In this document: piece after piece, positions 26,779 to 38,801 of the stretch | How positions within the stretch are numbered: the first letter of the stretch is position 1 | How the letters are laid out: each line of letters begins with the position of its first letter | Assembly (NCBI GenBank): GCA_001643675.2 | Contig: LSRY02000024.1 | Coordinates: 62,001 to 126,000, forward strand | Direction: 5' to 3' | From: Monocercomonoides exilis PA203 | Taxonomy: Eukaryota; Protista; Preaxostyla | DNA: 64,000 nucleotides | Notes under the pieces: generated by a model | Seen by the model: only the letters and a program-made list of their open reading frames with translations | Databases searched by the model: none | Told to the model about the DNA's origin: nothing | Program-made: the position numbers and the translations under genes

Positions 26779-28928
26779 TTAAATAGTATTTCTAGGCATT
26801 GGAAAACTGTCAGTGATTAAAGAATTTGACATTTTTCTTATCAATTTTCTTTCTGAACTAGCTTTTGAGTTGATCTCCTTTATCAATTTTTTTTCCATCT
26901 CTTTTCTGATGGAGTATTCTGTCACTTTTCGATAGAACACTCGATCAGCTGGTTCCAAAGTATTACTGTCAATAACAATGTTGGTTAGCCAACATGCTAT
27001 TTTTGCATCTGCATCAATATTCTGTTTTCCACCTGTATACTTATCCGACAATCTGAGCCATAACTTTTTAAGTCGGCCAAAAAACCATTCCACTGGGATT
27101 CTGAACTTTGCTAGACTTTTATTGAAATTTTCGATTGACTTTTCCATTCTGTCTTGAGATTGACTTTTGTTGCAAGTGGAAGAAGTCACAGAATTACTTG
27201 CATTTGAAGAAGGAAGAGGAGTGTGTGATGCGCAGGGATGAATTGTATCGTTGTTTGAGCTTGAAGTTATAAAAGACGTGTCCGTGGAATTCTGTGAACA
27301 TGAATTCGGAACAGGTGAAAAAGCCAAAGAAAAAGAAGAATTGAGAATTGAAGAAGGGGATCGAGGATTTGAATTTGTTAACGAAGCGAGATGAACTGAA
27401 GATGAAGGAGATTGATTTTGATTTGTGAAACTTGATTTCGAGAGAGGCAAGAATGCAGACGATGAATTTGATTTGGAAGATAAAGAAAAAGATTGTGGCA
27501 TTTCTGACACTGAACATGAGACAGCAGCAGACGATGTGGTAATTTCAGAATTCAAAGAGTTGAACGAAGAATCTGATGAATTAATAATCCCAGCAGATTC
27601 AAATGAAGTTGAAGATGAAATATCATCAGAGATAGTTGAAGAAGGAGAAGGAGAGCAAGAGGAAGAAGAAGTTTCTAATGAAAATGACGAAGCCAAAGAA
27701 GGAGAGGAAGAAGAAGATGTGGATGGAGAAGATGAGCTTAACGATGAGTTGCATGGAAAAGAATTGGGCGATGAACATGAAATGAATGTTGAAGGTGTCA
27801 AACATAATTTTCTTTGACACGAAGATAATTTGCTGTTCGTTGAGTGTTTTTTAATTGGTGTTATGACATCGATATCCGTGAAATGACCCTGATAGCCTTT
27901 GTCTGCAACAATTGCCCATCTGTCTGTGTGAAGAGTACAGTAATATTTTTCTTTTTCTTTGTCCGTCATCTTCAAATATTGGACATATCTTTCTTTTCCT
28001 TCACAAAACAAAGCCACATCATGAACACCTCCCATTACAGCATTTGACACAAATAAAGCTTTATGAGGATACCACGCGGAAACAGCAACTTCAAATTTCA
28101 TACTGAAAACTTGATGGTGTCCATCGTATAGTAGCTTTGAATCTTCAAATGGAATTGGAGGAGTAGAAACTTTGATAGTTGTCGCATCAACCAAAAGAGC
28201 AACTTGTGGATAGTCTTCATTCAAAGGCGATTGAGGTCTTGGAGGATTGATGAACATCTTTTCCAGTGCATTTAATAAATATGGTCTTATGTTCTTGATA
28301 GAATTGCAAGCCATTGATTCTGAAATTCCAAGAGAAAAGGCAATTCTTTTTAACGTTGTTTTGCTTGAAAGCCATTCCAAATAAGCAACAATTTCGTCAT
28401 GTGTTGTCAATCTTTTCTTTTAACCCTGTTTTGGAATTGCGCTTATTTCCGATTGAACTAAGTTGCCTTACTCAATAAGAAAGTCAATTGTTAGCCGAAG
28501 ATGTTCATCATCTGGATTATTCAATAGAGAATCAAAAAGAACTCCGTAGATTTCATTATCATCCTCATTTTTTTCGGTGTGAAATTCCATTTTTTTATTT
28601 CTTCAAGTTGTAAATCTCTTCTCTCTTTCAATGAGTTGAAATCTGGTAATTTATTTCTTTTTGAAGCAATTTTTCCTTTTTTCTTCTTAGGTTTTGTTTC
28701 ATTGCTTGAAGCGTTCAACTGTTCGGGCTTGCCACTCTTCTCAGATTTTGCCGCCTTCGATAATTCAGTTGGAGAATTGTCAGAATTGTTAGAAGAGGAA
28801 TATTGATCTCGCACTTCTGATTCTCTTCTGTTGAAGCAAACCGAACCGGTTTTCCGTTTTGATGGAGTGAAGTCAGAAAGTGAGTTTGAATCTGATTGAT
28901 CTTTGTCTATTGAAGTGTTTTGCATCAC
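26779..28928 (-). mobile_element. PIF/Harbinger-ISL2EU-type (DDE_Tnp_4) transposase gene with disrupted 5' part and a large Ser-rich insertion
   Basis: HTH region (LEWLSSKTTLKRIAFSLGISES), LLVDATT (D1), YDGHH..SMKFEVAV, HD, ADKGYQG (D2), FNK.LAK.RIPVEWFFGRLKKLW (E). Upstream 28411-28928 has a frameshift and two in-frame TAA codons (LIE*GNLV...PKQG*KKRLTTHDE). Confidence 0.88.
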
Positions 28929-30049
28929 TGTTGCTTCGATATCACTTGTTGAGCAGTCTTCATGACTTACAGTTTTATTTTGGGGAAGAGTTTGTCTGCA
29001 AATAATTCTTCAAAAAATTTCCAATGGAATGACTTTCAACAAACCTCAAATCTCTTATTTCGTTGCTTTGTTCCGGCAACCCAAAGAATATTGTTCCAAA
29101 CAAAGATGAGGGAAGAGCTGTCATGTTGTTATTGTTTGATATAATGAAATTAATGGGAATAAATCATGAAACTTGTTCATTCATCCATGACTATAGAGAC
29201 ATTAAAGATATTATGTAAATGATGAATATTGAAATAAATGTTTGAAGAAACAGTTGGTTTTATTCACTTTTTTATCTTTTCTTTCAATCTTTCTTTTTTT
29301 TAAATATTGATTTCAGTAGTGAATAAATATTAGAAAATATTTTGTGACTTTCATTGCCTGTGAAACCATGTATGCAATCATTGAAAGCAATCATTAATAA
29401 ATCGAAGCAGTGCCTTCAATGAAACAAATGACATTTTAAACCTTTTAATGTTTGAAAAATTGACAAAAACCGATGATTGAAAGGAAAAAAGCGGCGTTGT
29501 CGTCCGATTCATAAAGTTTGTTTCCATTAAACCACAACAAATATGATCCGAAAATGAACAGATCATATCCATGGAAATGATTTTCCGCTGGATAAAGAAA
29601 AAATTAATCAAATATTCACAAGCGATTTACTGATTTTTTATTAGTTTTTGAATAAATGGATTTCTTCTGCTGTTATATCTCTTCACGTAGCAATCGAATC
29701 ACTGTGTGTGGATCATATAGTCGTTTGAATAATCTGAGCAAAATGTGAAAATTTGTTCAAAGTCATATAGAACAAAATGTTGATTAAAAAGGAAATACAA
29801 CTAATTTTTGAACGGTTCTATCAGTAATTAGACACAACATACAGGATTTGGAGCTTTTCACAGACTAGATATAAAATCCAACAATATGAAGTTTTGTTTA
29901 ACAATTTTTCCATGGAGAACGAGCATACAAACATTTTGCCTTATGGTTTTATTGATATCAACTTTATCCATCACGTTACGAATCCTCCAAAATATAACTT
30001 GACATTATTTGAAATTTCATATTTTGCAATATGAAAAGATTCTGAAATG

Positions 30050-31413
30050 TCTTTCACATCTTTTTTGCTCATGCTGCATACAGATTAGCCTTGACATTCC
30101 GAAGGCATAGAAGCGAAGATAAGAAAGTAACTGTGGTGTTTGATCAGCGCATTCCGTTGTTTCCATGTGCGCTGCGGAAATTGTGGGGTGTACGTTGCAG
30201 CGCTTTCGGCGACAATTTCAGTTTCGCTGGTGAATCTGCATCATCAACTTGCAACGTTTGTGTGAAAGTTGTTTAGGAGAAAGTGGATCTAAGTATCGAA
30301 CTACGTGAACGCGTTCCATTTGATCTGCATTCTGTTTAATCCTTTTAAGTTACAACCTTCCACAGCTCAACTGGTGTTCCGATCTGCCCAGTCGAGGAGT
30401 GTGACTGTGAAGACAGATGACGAAGTGATAAGATGAGGAGTTGTCGAGAATGAAGTGTGGAAGATTGAGGAGATAGTGGTGAAACTGGCAAGGAAGATTC
30501 TGGAGCTGAGGGTGAAACACAATGCAAAGGTGAAGGAGCTGATGGAGCAGCTGGTGGAGATGAAGAAGAACATAGAGCTCAGCTAGGAGGAGTGGTGAGT
30601 GTGGTTAGCAAACAGATACTAATTGTTTGGCGATGCATGCTGCCATGCTTTTTTCACTGGCCTCTGCATTGTGCGGGATGGTTTTATCTTTGGCTTTGTT
30701 GATTCTGCAGTTGGGGCCGTGTGAAAAGAACCAGGAGAAAATTGCAGTAATTATCAAATATGGAAGTGCTGTGGTCCTTGTGGCACACACAAGTGGAAAA
30801 GGAGTTGTTGTGAAGTTGGGTGTTGAGTGAGCTTTGCCGGAGAAGGAAACTGCTGTGGAGGAGAAGATAAAAGGAGGGGAGCAAATCCTGGGATCAGAGA
30901 ATGATCGGAGAAGAACGACGACGGAGTCAATTGTGGAAGCATTGATGATTCTGGTGGTAGTTGTGAAGGAGGAGTGAATACAACTTTGCGGAAGAAGATA
31001 AACGAGAAGGAGAAGGAAATGAAGATTCTGAGGGAGCTATCGAAAGTGTATGAGCGGATGATAATTGAGAAGAAGGCACTGTTAAATGAGGTGATTGTGA
31101 ATGAGCAAATGATTCTTGTAAGATAGATGCAGCAGCAGTTGTAAATAAAAGCGTCGCATGAAGAGAAGGTGGAGCGGCTTGTTGGGGGGAAATGAGCAGG
31201 AGGAGAAGGTGTGGGGAGGGGGAGGGCATTGTTGGAGGTAGAGAATGCGGGACAGATAAGAAAGGGGCGAGAGAGTGGTACAGAACAAAGAGGAAATGGA
31301 TGAACAGAATAGGAGGCGTAGAAGAGGAAGAAGAGGAAGAAGAGGAAGAAGAGGAAGAAGAGGAAGAAGAGGAAGAAGAGGAAGAAGAGGAAGAAGAGGA
31401 AGAAGAGGAAGAA

Positions 31414-31448
<35 letters not shown>

Positions 31449-31494
31449 GGAAGAAAAGTAAAAAGAGGAAGAAGAGGATGAAGAGGAAGAAGAG

Positions 31495-31529
<35 letters not shown>

Positions 31530-31593
31530 GGATGAAGAGGAAGAAGAGGAAGAAGAGGAAGAAGAGGAAGAAGAGGAAGAAGAGGAAGAAGAG

Positions 31594-31628
<35 letters not shown>

Positions 31629-31665
31629 GGAAGAAAAGTAAAAAGAGGAAGAAGAGGATGAAGAG

Positions 31666-31700
<35 letters not shown>

Positions 31701-31755
31701 GGATGAAGAGGAAGAAGAGGAAGAAAAGTAAAAAGAGGAAGAAGAGGATGAAGAG

Positions 31756-31790
<35 letters not shown>

Positions 31791-33340
31791 GGATGAAGAG
31801 GAAGAAGAGGAAGAAAAGTAAAAAGAGGAAGAAGAGGATGAAGAGGAGGAAGAAGAAGAAGAGGAAGAAGAAAAAGAAGAGGAAGAAGAGGAAGAAGAGG
31901 ATGAAGAGGAAAAGGAAGAGAAGTGTGAAAAGGCAGAAAAAATAGATGTGAGTGAGCTGAATGTGATTCAGCTGTCGCCGCACCACGATGTGAAGAGAAA
32001 GTAGAAGAACTGAATGCTTGCTGCAACTCCAACAGTGGAATAGAAAGAGGCAGGGAAGGCGACTGTTGTTCAGTGGCTGGGAAAAAAGCATGCAGAGCAG
32101 AAGAAGGGTGAGACTGTGCGATGGGAGAAGATCCACAGGGAAAAAAAATTCCGGAAGTTTTTTGAGGATGTGTGGCTATCCGGGAGGTTCATGTGCTAGA
32201 AGTTCACCGTTGATAAGAAATTATGTTTATTGTTTTTTAACATCGAACTGTTGAAGATGCGTTGGAGAAGAAAATCAAGATGTTTTCTGAGGTGTTAAAA
32301 TGGTTGAAGTTGGAGAAGGTGAGGACAGAGTCATCTGCATTCTCGAATTTTTACTGAACAACAACCAGACAGAAGCAGAGTTGCTGAAGGATGCGATTAA
32401 TGCTCTGCATGATTTCATGTTTTGTTTCGATGTGATTTCTTCTTCGTGTTCGTTGTCAGGAGAAGCTTGTGGAAAGATCATGTCTGTTCAAAAGGAATCC
32501 CTTCTGCGTTTGTGCAATCCACAGATTTCACAGGCGCTGTTGCTTTGGACCTTCCGAGATGTATCCATGCTGTCTGTGTGCTGTCCGCCTTCATTTGCTT
32601 CGGTGCTGGAGACATGCCAGTTCAACGACTTCTTCTTGTTGTGTCTTGGGCTAATTGATATGTGTAATGCAACTCACTGGAGAGTTCCTCTAACGAAGAA
32701 TGAAAACAGAGTTATTGCGAAGAGTGCGAGCAGTAACTGCAATGCACGATAAGTGTGCTTTCTGTAGCATCTGCGTGAAAATGGATAAGAGCATTGGTTC
32801 GGCTAAGGATGTGAAAGGAGACTGCACAGAAGGATATCTCAAAGAAAGAAGGGCAGAGGGCGCTGTACCAAATGGTGCGGCTGCCGGTGGTACTGCTGAG
32901 GCTGCAGCTGAGGAGGAATGAGGAAGAAGTGTCGTTTTGCTTTGGGATGCTGCTGTGGGACGGACAGTGAGTGATGAGGTTTCACAAGACGATGATATTG
33001 AAGATGGAGAAGGAATTATATCTTGCTAAGATTCATCAGTATCTGCTTCTTCAGAACATCGTTAAGATCTCCTAAAGAACAAAGAATTAATGATAAACAA
33101 AATGTTGCGGTCCTTTGAGCCATTATTAGATGTGATTGATCATTTGATTTCTCATCAAAAATTTTCGTCAGTATTGTCATCTTCATCGTTGCATTCTTCT
33201 TTTCCTTATTCTTTCCCTTTAATCTCTTGTTTCTTATGGCAGTCATTTTCATTCGAAAAATTGTTCGAATGTAATAAATATATCTCGAATCTTGAGAAAG
33301 CATTGTTTTCTTTCATTTGATTTCCTTCAAAAAGGCAGGA
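30050..33340 (-). pseudogene. Decayed Ser-rich hypothetical gene region
   Basis: Minus-strand reading gives Ser/Pro/Ala-rich coding-like stretches (e.g. 30927-31229, around 32850-33020) interrupted by stops. GC is higher than in flanks. Limits approximate. Confidence 0.35.
31318..31925. repeat. (GAAGAGGAA)n purine satellite with a 90-bp higher-order unit
   Basis: 9-bp unit array. The marker AAAAGTAAAAAGAGGAAGAAGAGGATG recurs near 31454, 31634, 31724 and 31814 (spacing 180, 90, 90). Confidence 0.95.
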
Positions 33341-33429
33341 AATGTTGAAGAAAAAGAATAAAAAATGAGGAAGAAGAAGAAGAAGAAGAAAAGATGATGA
33401 CGACTAAAAATGTTTGAAAATTGTTTTTC

Positions 33430-36400
33430 TGTCGGATTGACTGAAATTTGATTAAGCATTCAGTTTTCCCCAAAAGAGATCAGGAGAAGAGATGGAATCA
33501 TCAGTTATGGAATAGAAATGGAAGTGAAGACAAATGCTAGAGAAAGCTAGCCCAGATGATGTGAAATTATAAGTATGGTCGTCATCCGAAGTGATTCTAT
33601 CTGCAACAAATCGCACATTGTTGGCGTTTAACTGGAGAACATGAGCAGATGATAACGGAGCTGTAGCTAATGGAACTTTCATGGAGGGTTCGCAGAAAAC
33701 TGTAGACTTAGTGAAAAAAGAGTTGTGCAGTATCATGTTCCAACATTATAAGTTCCATTCTTCTCAAATACTCTTAAGTCATTAATATTCACATTGTCTG
33801 AGCAATTCACAAGAGCAAGTTCCTGTTGAAACTGAAATGAGAAAAACATTAGCTGCTTCAATTTTTTCCTGGACAGTTGCGCTCACACCACTTTGTCCAT
33901 ATATCACATAAGTATTGTCATCGAAGTCATCACTTCTTATTTCTGTTATTGTTCCTGTAAATATGTGAACTTCATTTGCATAACGTGGAAAAAGTTGATT
34001 TATACAACGGCTGATAGAATTACACGGATAGCTTTCATTGATCCCACGTGAAAAAGCACATTTGGAATTTGGTTGTGCCGCAGTTGAAAAAAACAAATCT
34101 GGTTCTTCCTCCAGCATCATTAAGCCATTCACTTTTGTCAATGTTTGAACCCGAGTTTGCACTTACTCTGTTTCCTATACCATTCGTGCTTAACCCGCAC
34201 CCTGGTGCCAAACCCGCACCCAGCAAATTTCTTGAAAATAGAAAAATATATTTTTGCTTTTCAAAGAAGTTCATTGATGGTGAATTTTCTAAAAACTTGT
34301 TTTAAAAAATAATGTATTATATTTTTTTTATGAAAAAACTTTCAAAAAAATGAATTTTTGAAATTTTTGTTTTGAAGAGAGCTTTTAAGCTATAAACTGA
34401 AAAAGCAAAAAAGTTAAACTTCAGAAAAATCTTAAATGTTGTTCATTAATAGATTTTCAAAGATTTCGTCAGTTTTTGATGATTTGAAGCATTCCCTGAA
34501 AATTTTCCACCTTTTTTTCATTTGATCGATCCCATTAGGATGAGAAAAACGAATCGAAAGTTCAGCAGTTACTTTGAAAGGGGTTTGTGAGAGTTGTTTC
34601 TTATGTTTTTCAATGAAAACTTCTTTTTATTATTATGGAGACTCGAAATTTCTAAGATTTAATTGTTTGTTTTGATGTTCAAATTAGAAAGTCCTTTATT
34701 GTTTTACCCACAACAATTGTTGAAAGTATATTTGTGTATTTAGTTTATGTTTAAATCATACGATTGCACATTCATTGTTGTTCCTTTCAATGAATAGATA
34801 TGTTTTATTTATATGTTTTGACGAAAATTATATTTTTGTCGTTTATGAATGAATAATCCATCAAATGCTAATCATTATTTTTATTTCAGATACGTGTCAA
34901 ACTATAACTGTGCATGTTTTATTTACTGGTTTCAAATATTTCATTTCAATAAATTTGAAGCTTTTTGTTTTTATTCAAATTTTTTAAATAAGACTGTTAT
35001 TTTAAGAGTAACAAATTTTTGAAAATAGTTGTGCTGTTAGACATTTGATATTGTATTTGTTGTTTCTGTTTTTTTAAATAATATTTAAAGTGTAATGTCT
35101 TATTCAAAGCAATTCCAACAATGCTTAAAATGTGTTTTCAATTTGGAAAAGTTTCGAAAAGACAAAATATAAAACGGAATGTTTTTAAAACTAAACGTTC
35201 ATCCATATTATATGCTAATATTACAGAATGGCCTAAATATTGCTCTCATTTTTCTTTCAAAGAATCAACAATTAAACACTTCAATAACATGAAATCCTTG
35301 GATTTATTCAAGAACTTGAAAATTGGTTATTTTGTACAGTTATTTCCTTTTTTGATTTTTGAAATTTGAATACGTTCATCGTTCAGTTTTTAAATATGAA
35401 AGTGGAATTTTTATTTGAAATGAAATGAAAAAGAAATATTTCTTCAGACAAAACGCACGTTAGATAAAAAAAAACAGAAGGACGATTTTTGTGATGTGTC
35501 CATATAAATACCACTTTTTAGCAATTAAGCAAATACTGAAGAAAAATAGAAACAAAAATTCGAAAAAACTACAAATTACAAGAAATAATAAAATGATTGC
35601 AAACACAGAACGATGAAAAAATATATATATTAAAAATAGTGTCAACAGTTAATAAATGAATGTTATTTCGAAAAATCAACTAAAATTTAAAAAATGTTGT
35701 AATTCTCGCAAAGTTTTTCATTTTCAAATTAAACTCAGAAAACACAAATAATTGCAAATGTCATCCAAAATTCAAAATAATGATATGAAGTGAATTTTGT
35801 TTTTACGAACGTCACAGAATATACAACAGTAATATAAACGATTAAAAATAAAAAAAAAATAGAAAACGCTTTATACCCAAACAATTAAACGAACGAATAA
35901 ATCTAAGAAATTTCGAGTCTCCATAATAATAAAAAGAAGTTTTCATTGAAAAACATAAGAAACAACTCTCACAAACCCCTTTCAAAGTAACTGCTGAACT
36001 TTCGATTCGTTTTTCTCATCCTAATGGGATCGATCAAATGAAAAAAAGGTGGAAAATTTTCAGGGAATGCTTCAAATCATCAAAAACTGACGAAATCTTT
36101 GAAAATCTATTAATGAACAACATTTAAGATTTTTCTGAAGTTTAACTTTTTTGCTTTTTCAGTTTATAGCTTAAAAGCTCTCTTCAAAACAAAAATTTCA
36201 AAAATTCATTTTTTTGAAAGTTTTTTCATAAAAAAAATATAATACATTATTTTTTAAAACAAGTTTTTAGAAAATTCACCATCAATGAACTTCTTTGAAA
36301 AGCAAAAATATATTTTTCTATTTTCAAGAAATTTGCTGGGTGCGGGTTTGGCACCAGGGTGCGGGTTAAGCACCAATGGTATATCTGTTTGAACAACAGT

Positions 36401-37140
36401 TTGGATGAATGTTGTTTAGCGTAAAGTCTTGAAAAGAATGCCATGTCCACATTTCACACATGTGTTATAACGGAAAAAACAATAGAAAAATTAAATTCTT
36501 TTATTTTCTGCATTGATTTGTGAGCCAATAGCACATATGCTGTCATCGAAAAGCAGTTGCAAAATAGGCAGTCATTCATTAAGACTTTGTCCATTGAAAG
36601 CCAATGCTCAGTTGCACTGCCTCCAGAACCAGATGAGTTAAGCGCACTGCAGTTGAATAAAAAACTAATTAATAACACATTTCTTCTGCCTCTCGTTTCT
36701 CTTTGCACGCAGATCAATTGCCCCTCCGTCGTTGCAGAAAGTGTAATTTTGAAAGGAGCAATCATAAACCACTGGCTGTGTATTAACATTTTCGATCTTT
36801 ATCCCTTCTCCACCTCCCAACTCGGTGGTTCTTTTCGCGGAACGTTGAACAAATGTGGTATGGAGTAAAATACATTCTGCTATCTTCAATGCATCTATTC
36901 CTCCACATCCTGTAGAAGAAGCATTACATTTAGCAAAAGACGAATTTTCAATCTAAAGAACGGTTTTTTCACAGTCTTGGAAATAAAGTGTACATCCTTG
37001 TTGCGATGTATAACCAATTCATTTCCATAATGAAAAGGACTAAATTTCTGTTGTATCCATTTAGTTTTTAATTTTATTTGAAGATTATTCAATTCTCTTT
37101 CACCTTGAGATAAGTATTTTTCATTTGAATTGCTCAAACC
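33430..37140 (-). pseudogene. Adhesin-like surface-protein pseudogene split by the 34180-36379 element
   Basis: The 5' half (36382-37140) has DCSFQN.TFCNDGGAI, NCSA...GSGG and GHGILF motifs. The 3' half (33430-34177) has NRVS...DKSEWL...RTRFV and PCNSISRC. Many frameshifts. Same family type as 23040-23825. Confidence 0.7.
34180..36379. mobile_element. 2.2-kb non-autonomous TIR element (~480-bp TIRs, TA target duplication; Tc2/pogo-like CC ends)
   Basis: 34180-~34660 is a near-perfect reverse complement of ~35899-36379. Ends read TA|CCATTCGTGCTTAACCCGCACC ... GGTGCGGGTTAAGCACCAATGG|TA. Interior is AT-rich and non-coding. Confidence 0.9.
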
Positions 37141-37710
37141 AAGATAAACAGTTAAAATGAATGCATAAGTTTTTTTTCAAATCTGAAAAATTTTTCACCG
37201 TGATAACTTGTGAAACACATTGTCCCTCATATATCTTGTTCAGAAACTTTCGTGATAAAATGCAACGAATCTTATGTCACCAGAAAACAAATATTCAAAT
37301 TGATCAAACAATAACATTAAAAATTAATATATCGAACAGGTTTTTTTGGATCCTGATGTTTTTCAAGATATTCTTTCTCACTTGTGAATTTTTGAATATT
37401 GATGATTAATAATTGCAACGGAGCGTTTCATAACTTTCTCCAATTAACAAATATTTAGATCCTTTGAGACTTTTTAAAAAAATTTTGACATTTATCATTC
37501 ATCTGAAAAAAAAATTCAATGAAAACTTTCAAACTGTCATTATAATGTATTTGAAAAGAACAAAATAGAATTCAAAAGCTTATTTCGAAAAATCATTCAT
37601 TATTTCATTAAAATTTTGTTAAAAGATTATTTCTTTAATAAATAATAATAAAAAACAACAGAATATTTATCGAAAATATGATTTGAAAAACTTCATGTTA
37701 ATGCATAATA

Positions 37711-38105
37711 CAGATATCGCATAAAATACCGGACATCGCACAAAATACCGGACAAGATCGATATCTCAATAACCACAAGAAGAAAAATTCTGACAATTTT
37801 CCTCAAAATATACCCCATCAATACAAACTCATGTGATATACAAGACTTTCAAAACAGCTTCATTTGTGCTCAGAAATATCAATTTTCGAAATATTGGAGA
37901 AAGACAAAATCTTATTTTCCGAGATTATAGAAATAATTTTCTCTGAGCATAAATGAAGATATTTTGAAAGTCTTGTATATCACATGAGTTTGTATTGAAG
38001 GGGTATATTTTGAGGAAAATTGTCAGAATTTTTCTTCTTGTGGTTATTGAGATATCGATCTTGTCCGGTATTTTGTGCGATGTCCGGTATTTTATGCGAT
38101 ATCTG
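37711..38105. mobile_element. 395-bp MITE, CAG termini, TA target duplication (Tc1/mariner-pogo type)
   Basis: TA|CAGATATCGCATAAAATACCGGACATCGCACAAAATACCGGACA ... mirrored at ...TGTCCGGTATTTTATGCGATATCTG|TA. TIRs are ~165 bp, each with a tandemly duplicated ATCGCAYAAAATACCGGACA motif. Confidence 0.92.
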
Positions 38106-38801
38106 TACATTTTTTCACAGAAAAAACTTGTCTACCTGAGTTATTGCAAAATTCCCCAAAAATTTCAAAATATCCATAGACAATTTCAAAATTATTGGGT
38201 AATTTTGAAATAACCCAATAATTTTGAAATTTTTTTTTATTTCACAATTCATCTAATGTGTCAATTTTATTTTGCACGATATGTCAGAATAGAAATTATA
38301 CGATTGCAGAAAAAGTTTGGAATGAATCATCGAATTTTTCATAAATGCAAAAAATATGCCCCACATCTGGGGCGAAATTTTTACAACTATGAATAAAACT
38401 GAGATTTGTTCCATTCTTTTTCTTCAATCATTTCATTATAACTCAACCTAAACTATGCAAATAATTACAGAAAAATTAAAAAATTGAGAAAAATATTTGT
38501 CAGAGAAGAATGGAACAAAATTCATAAAGCAAAATATTTTGTCCCATCTCTAAACTTTCATCAACTAATTTGTTGGTTTGATCAAAAAGAAACAAAAGAT
38601 TTTCATTTTCTGTCTTCATTCAACCAATACCAGGTTTTTTTTCACTCTCTTTTGCAATTCTTTTTATATAACAAAAATAAAACGGATTGAATTGCTATCA
38701 TTTTAGGACTGCAAGATAATCAATGTTGTTTGTATTTATCTTTTATTTTGTTATTTACAAGGCTTCACCCCTCTTTTTGAATATTTTTTGCAACAAGCAA
38801 A

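Noticed and set aside
27425-27817. Acidic 130-aa plus-strand ORF inside the transposase as a nested gene
   Set aside because: It is the antisense reading of the Ser-rich insert and has no ATG start (GTG).
30754-32136. Long Phe/Leu-rich (460 aa), Leu/Pro-rich and Lys/Arg-rich ORFs resembling membrane or basic proteins
   Set aside because: Artefacts of the stop-poor GAAGAGGAA satellite read in different frames.
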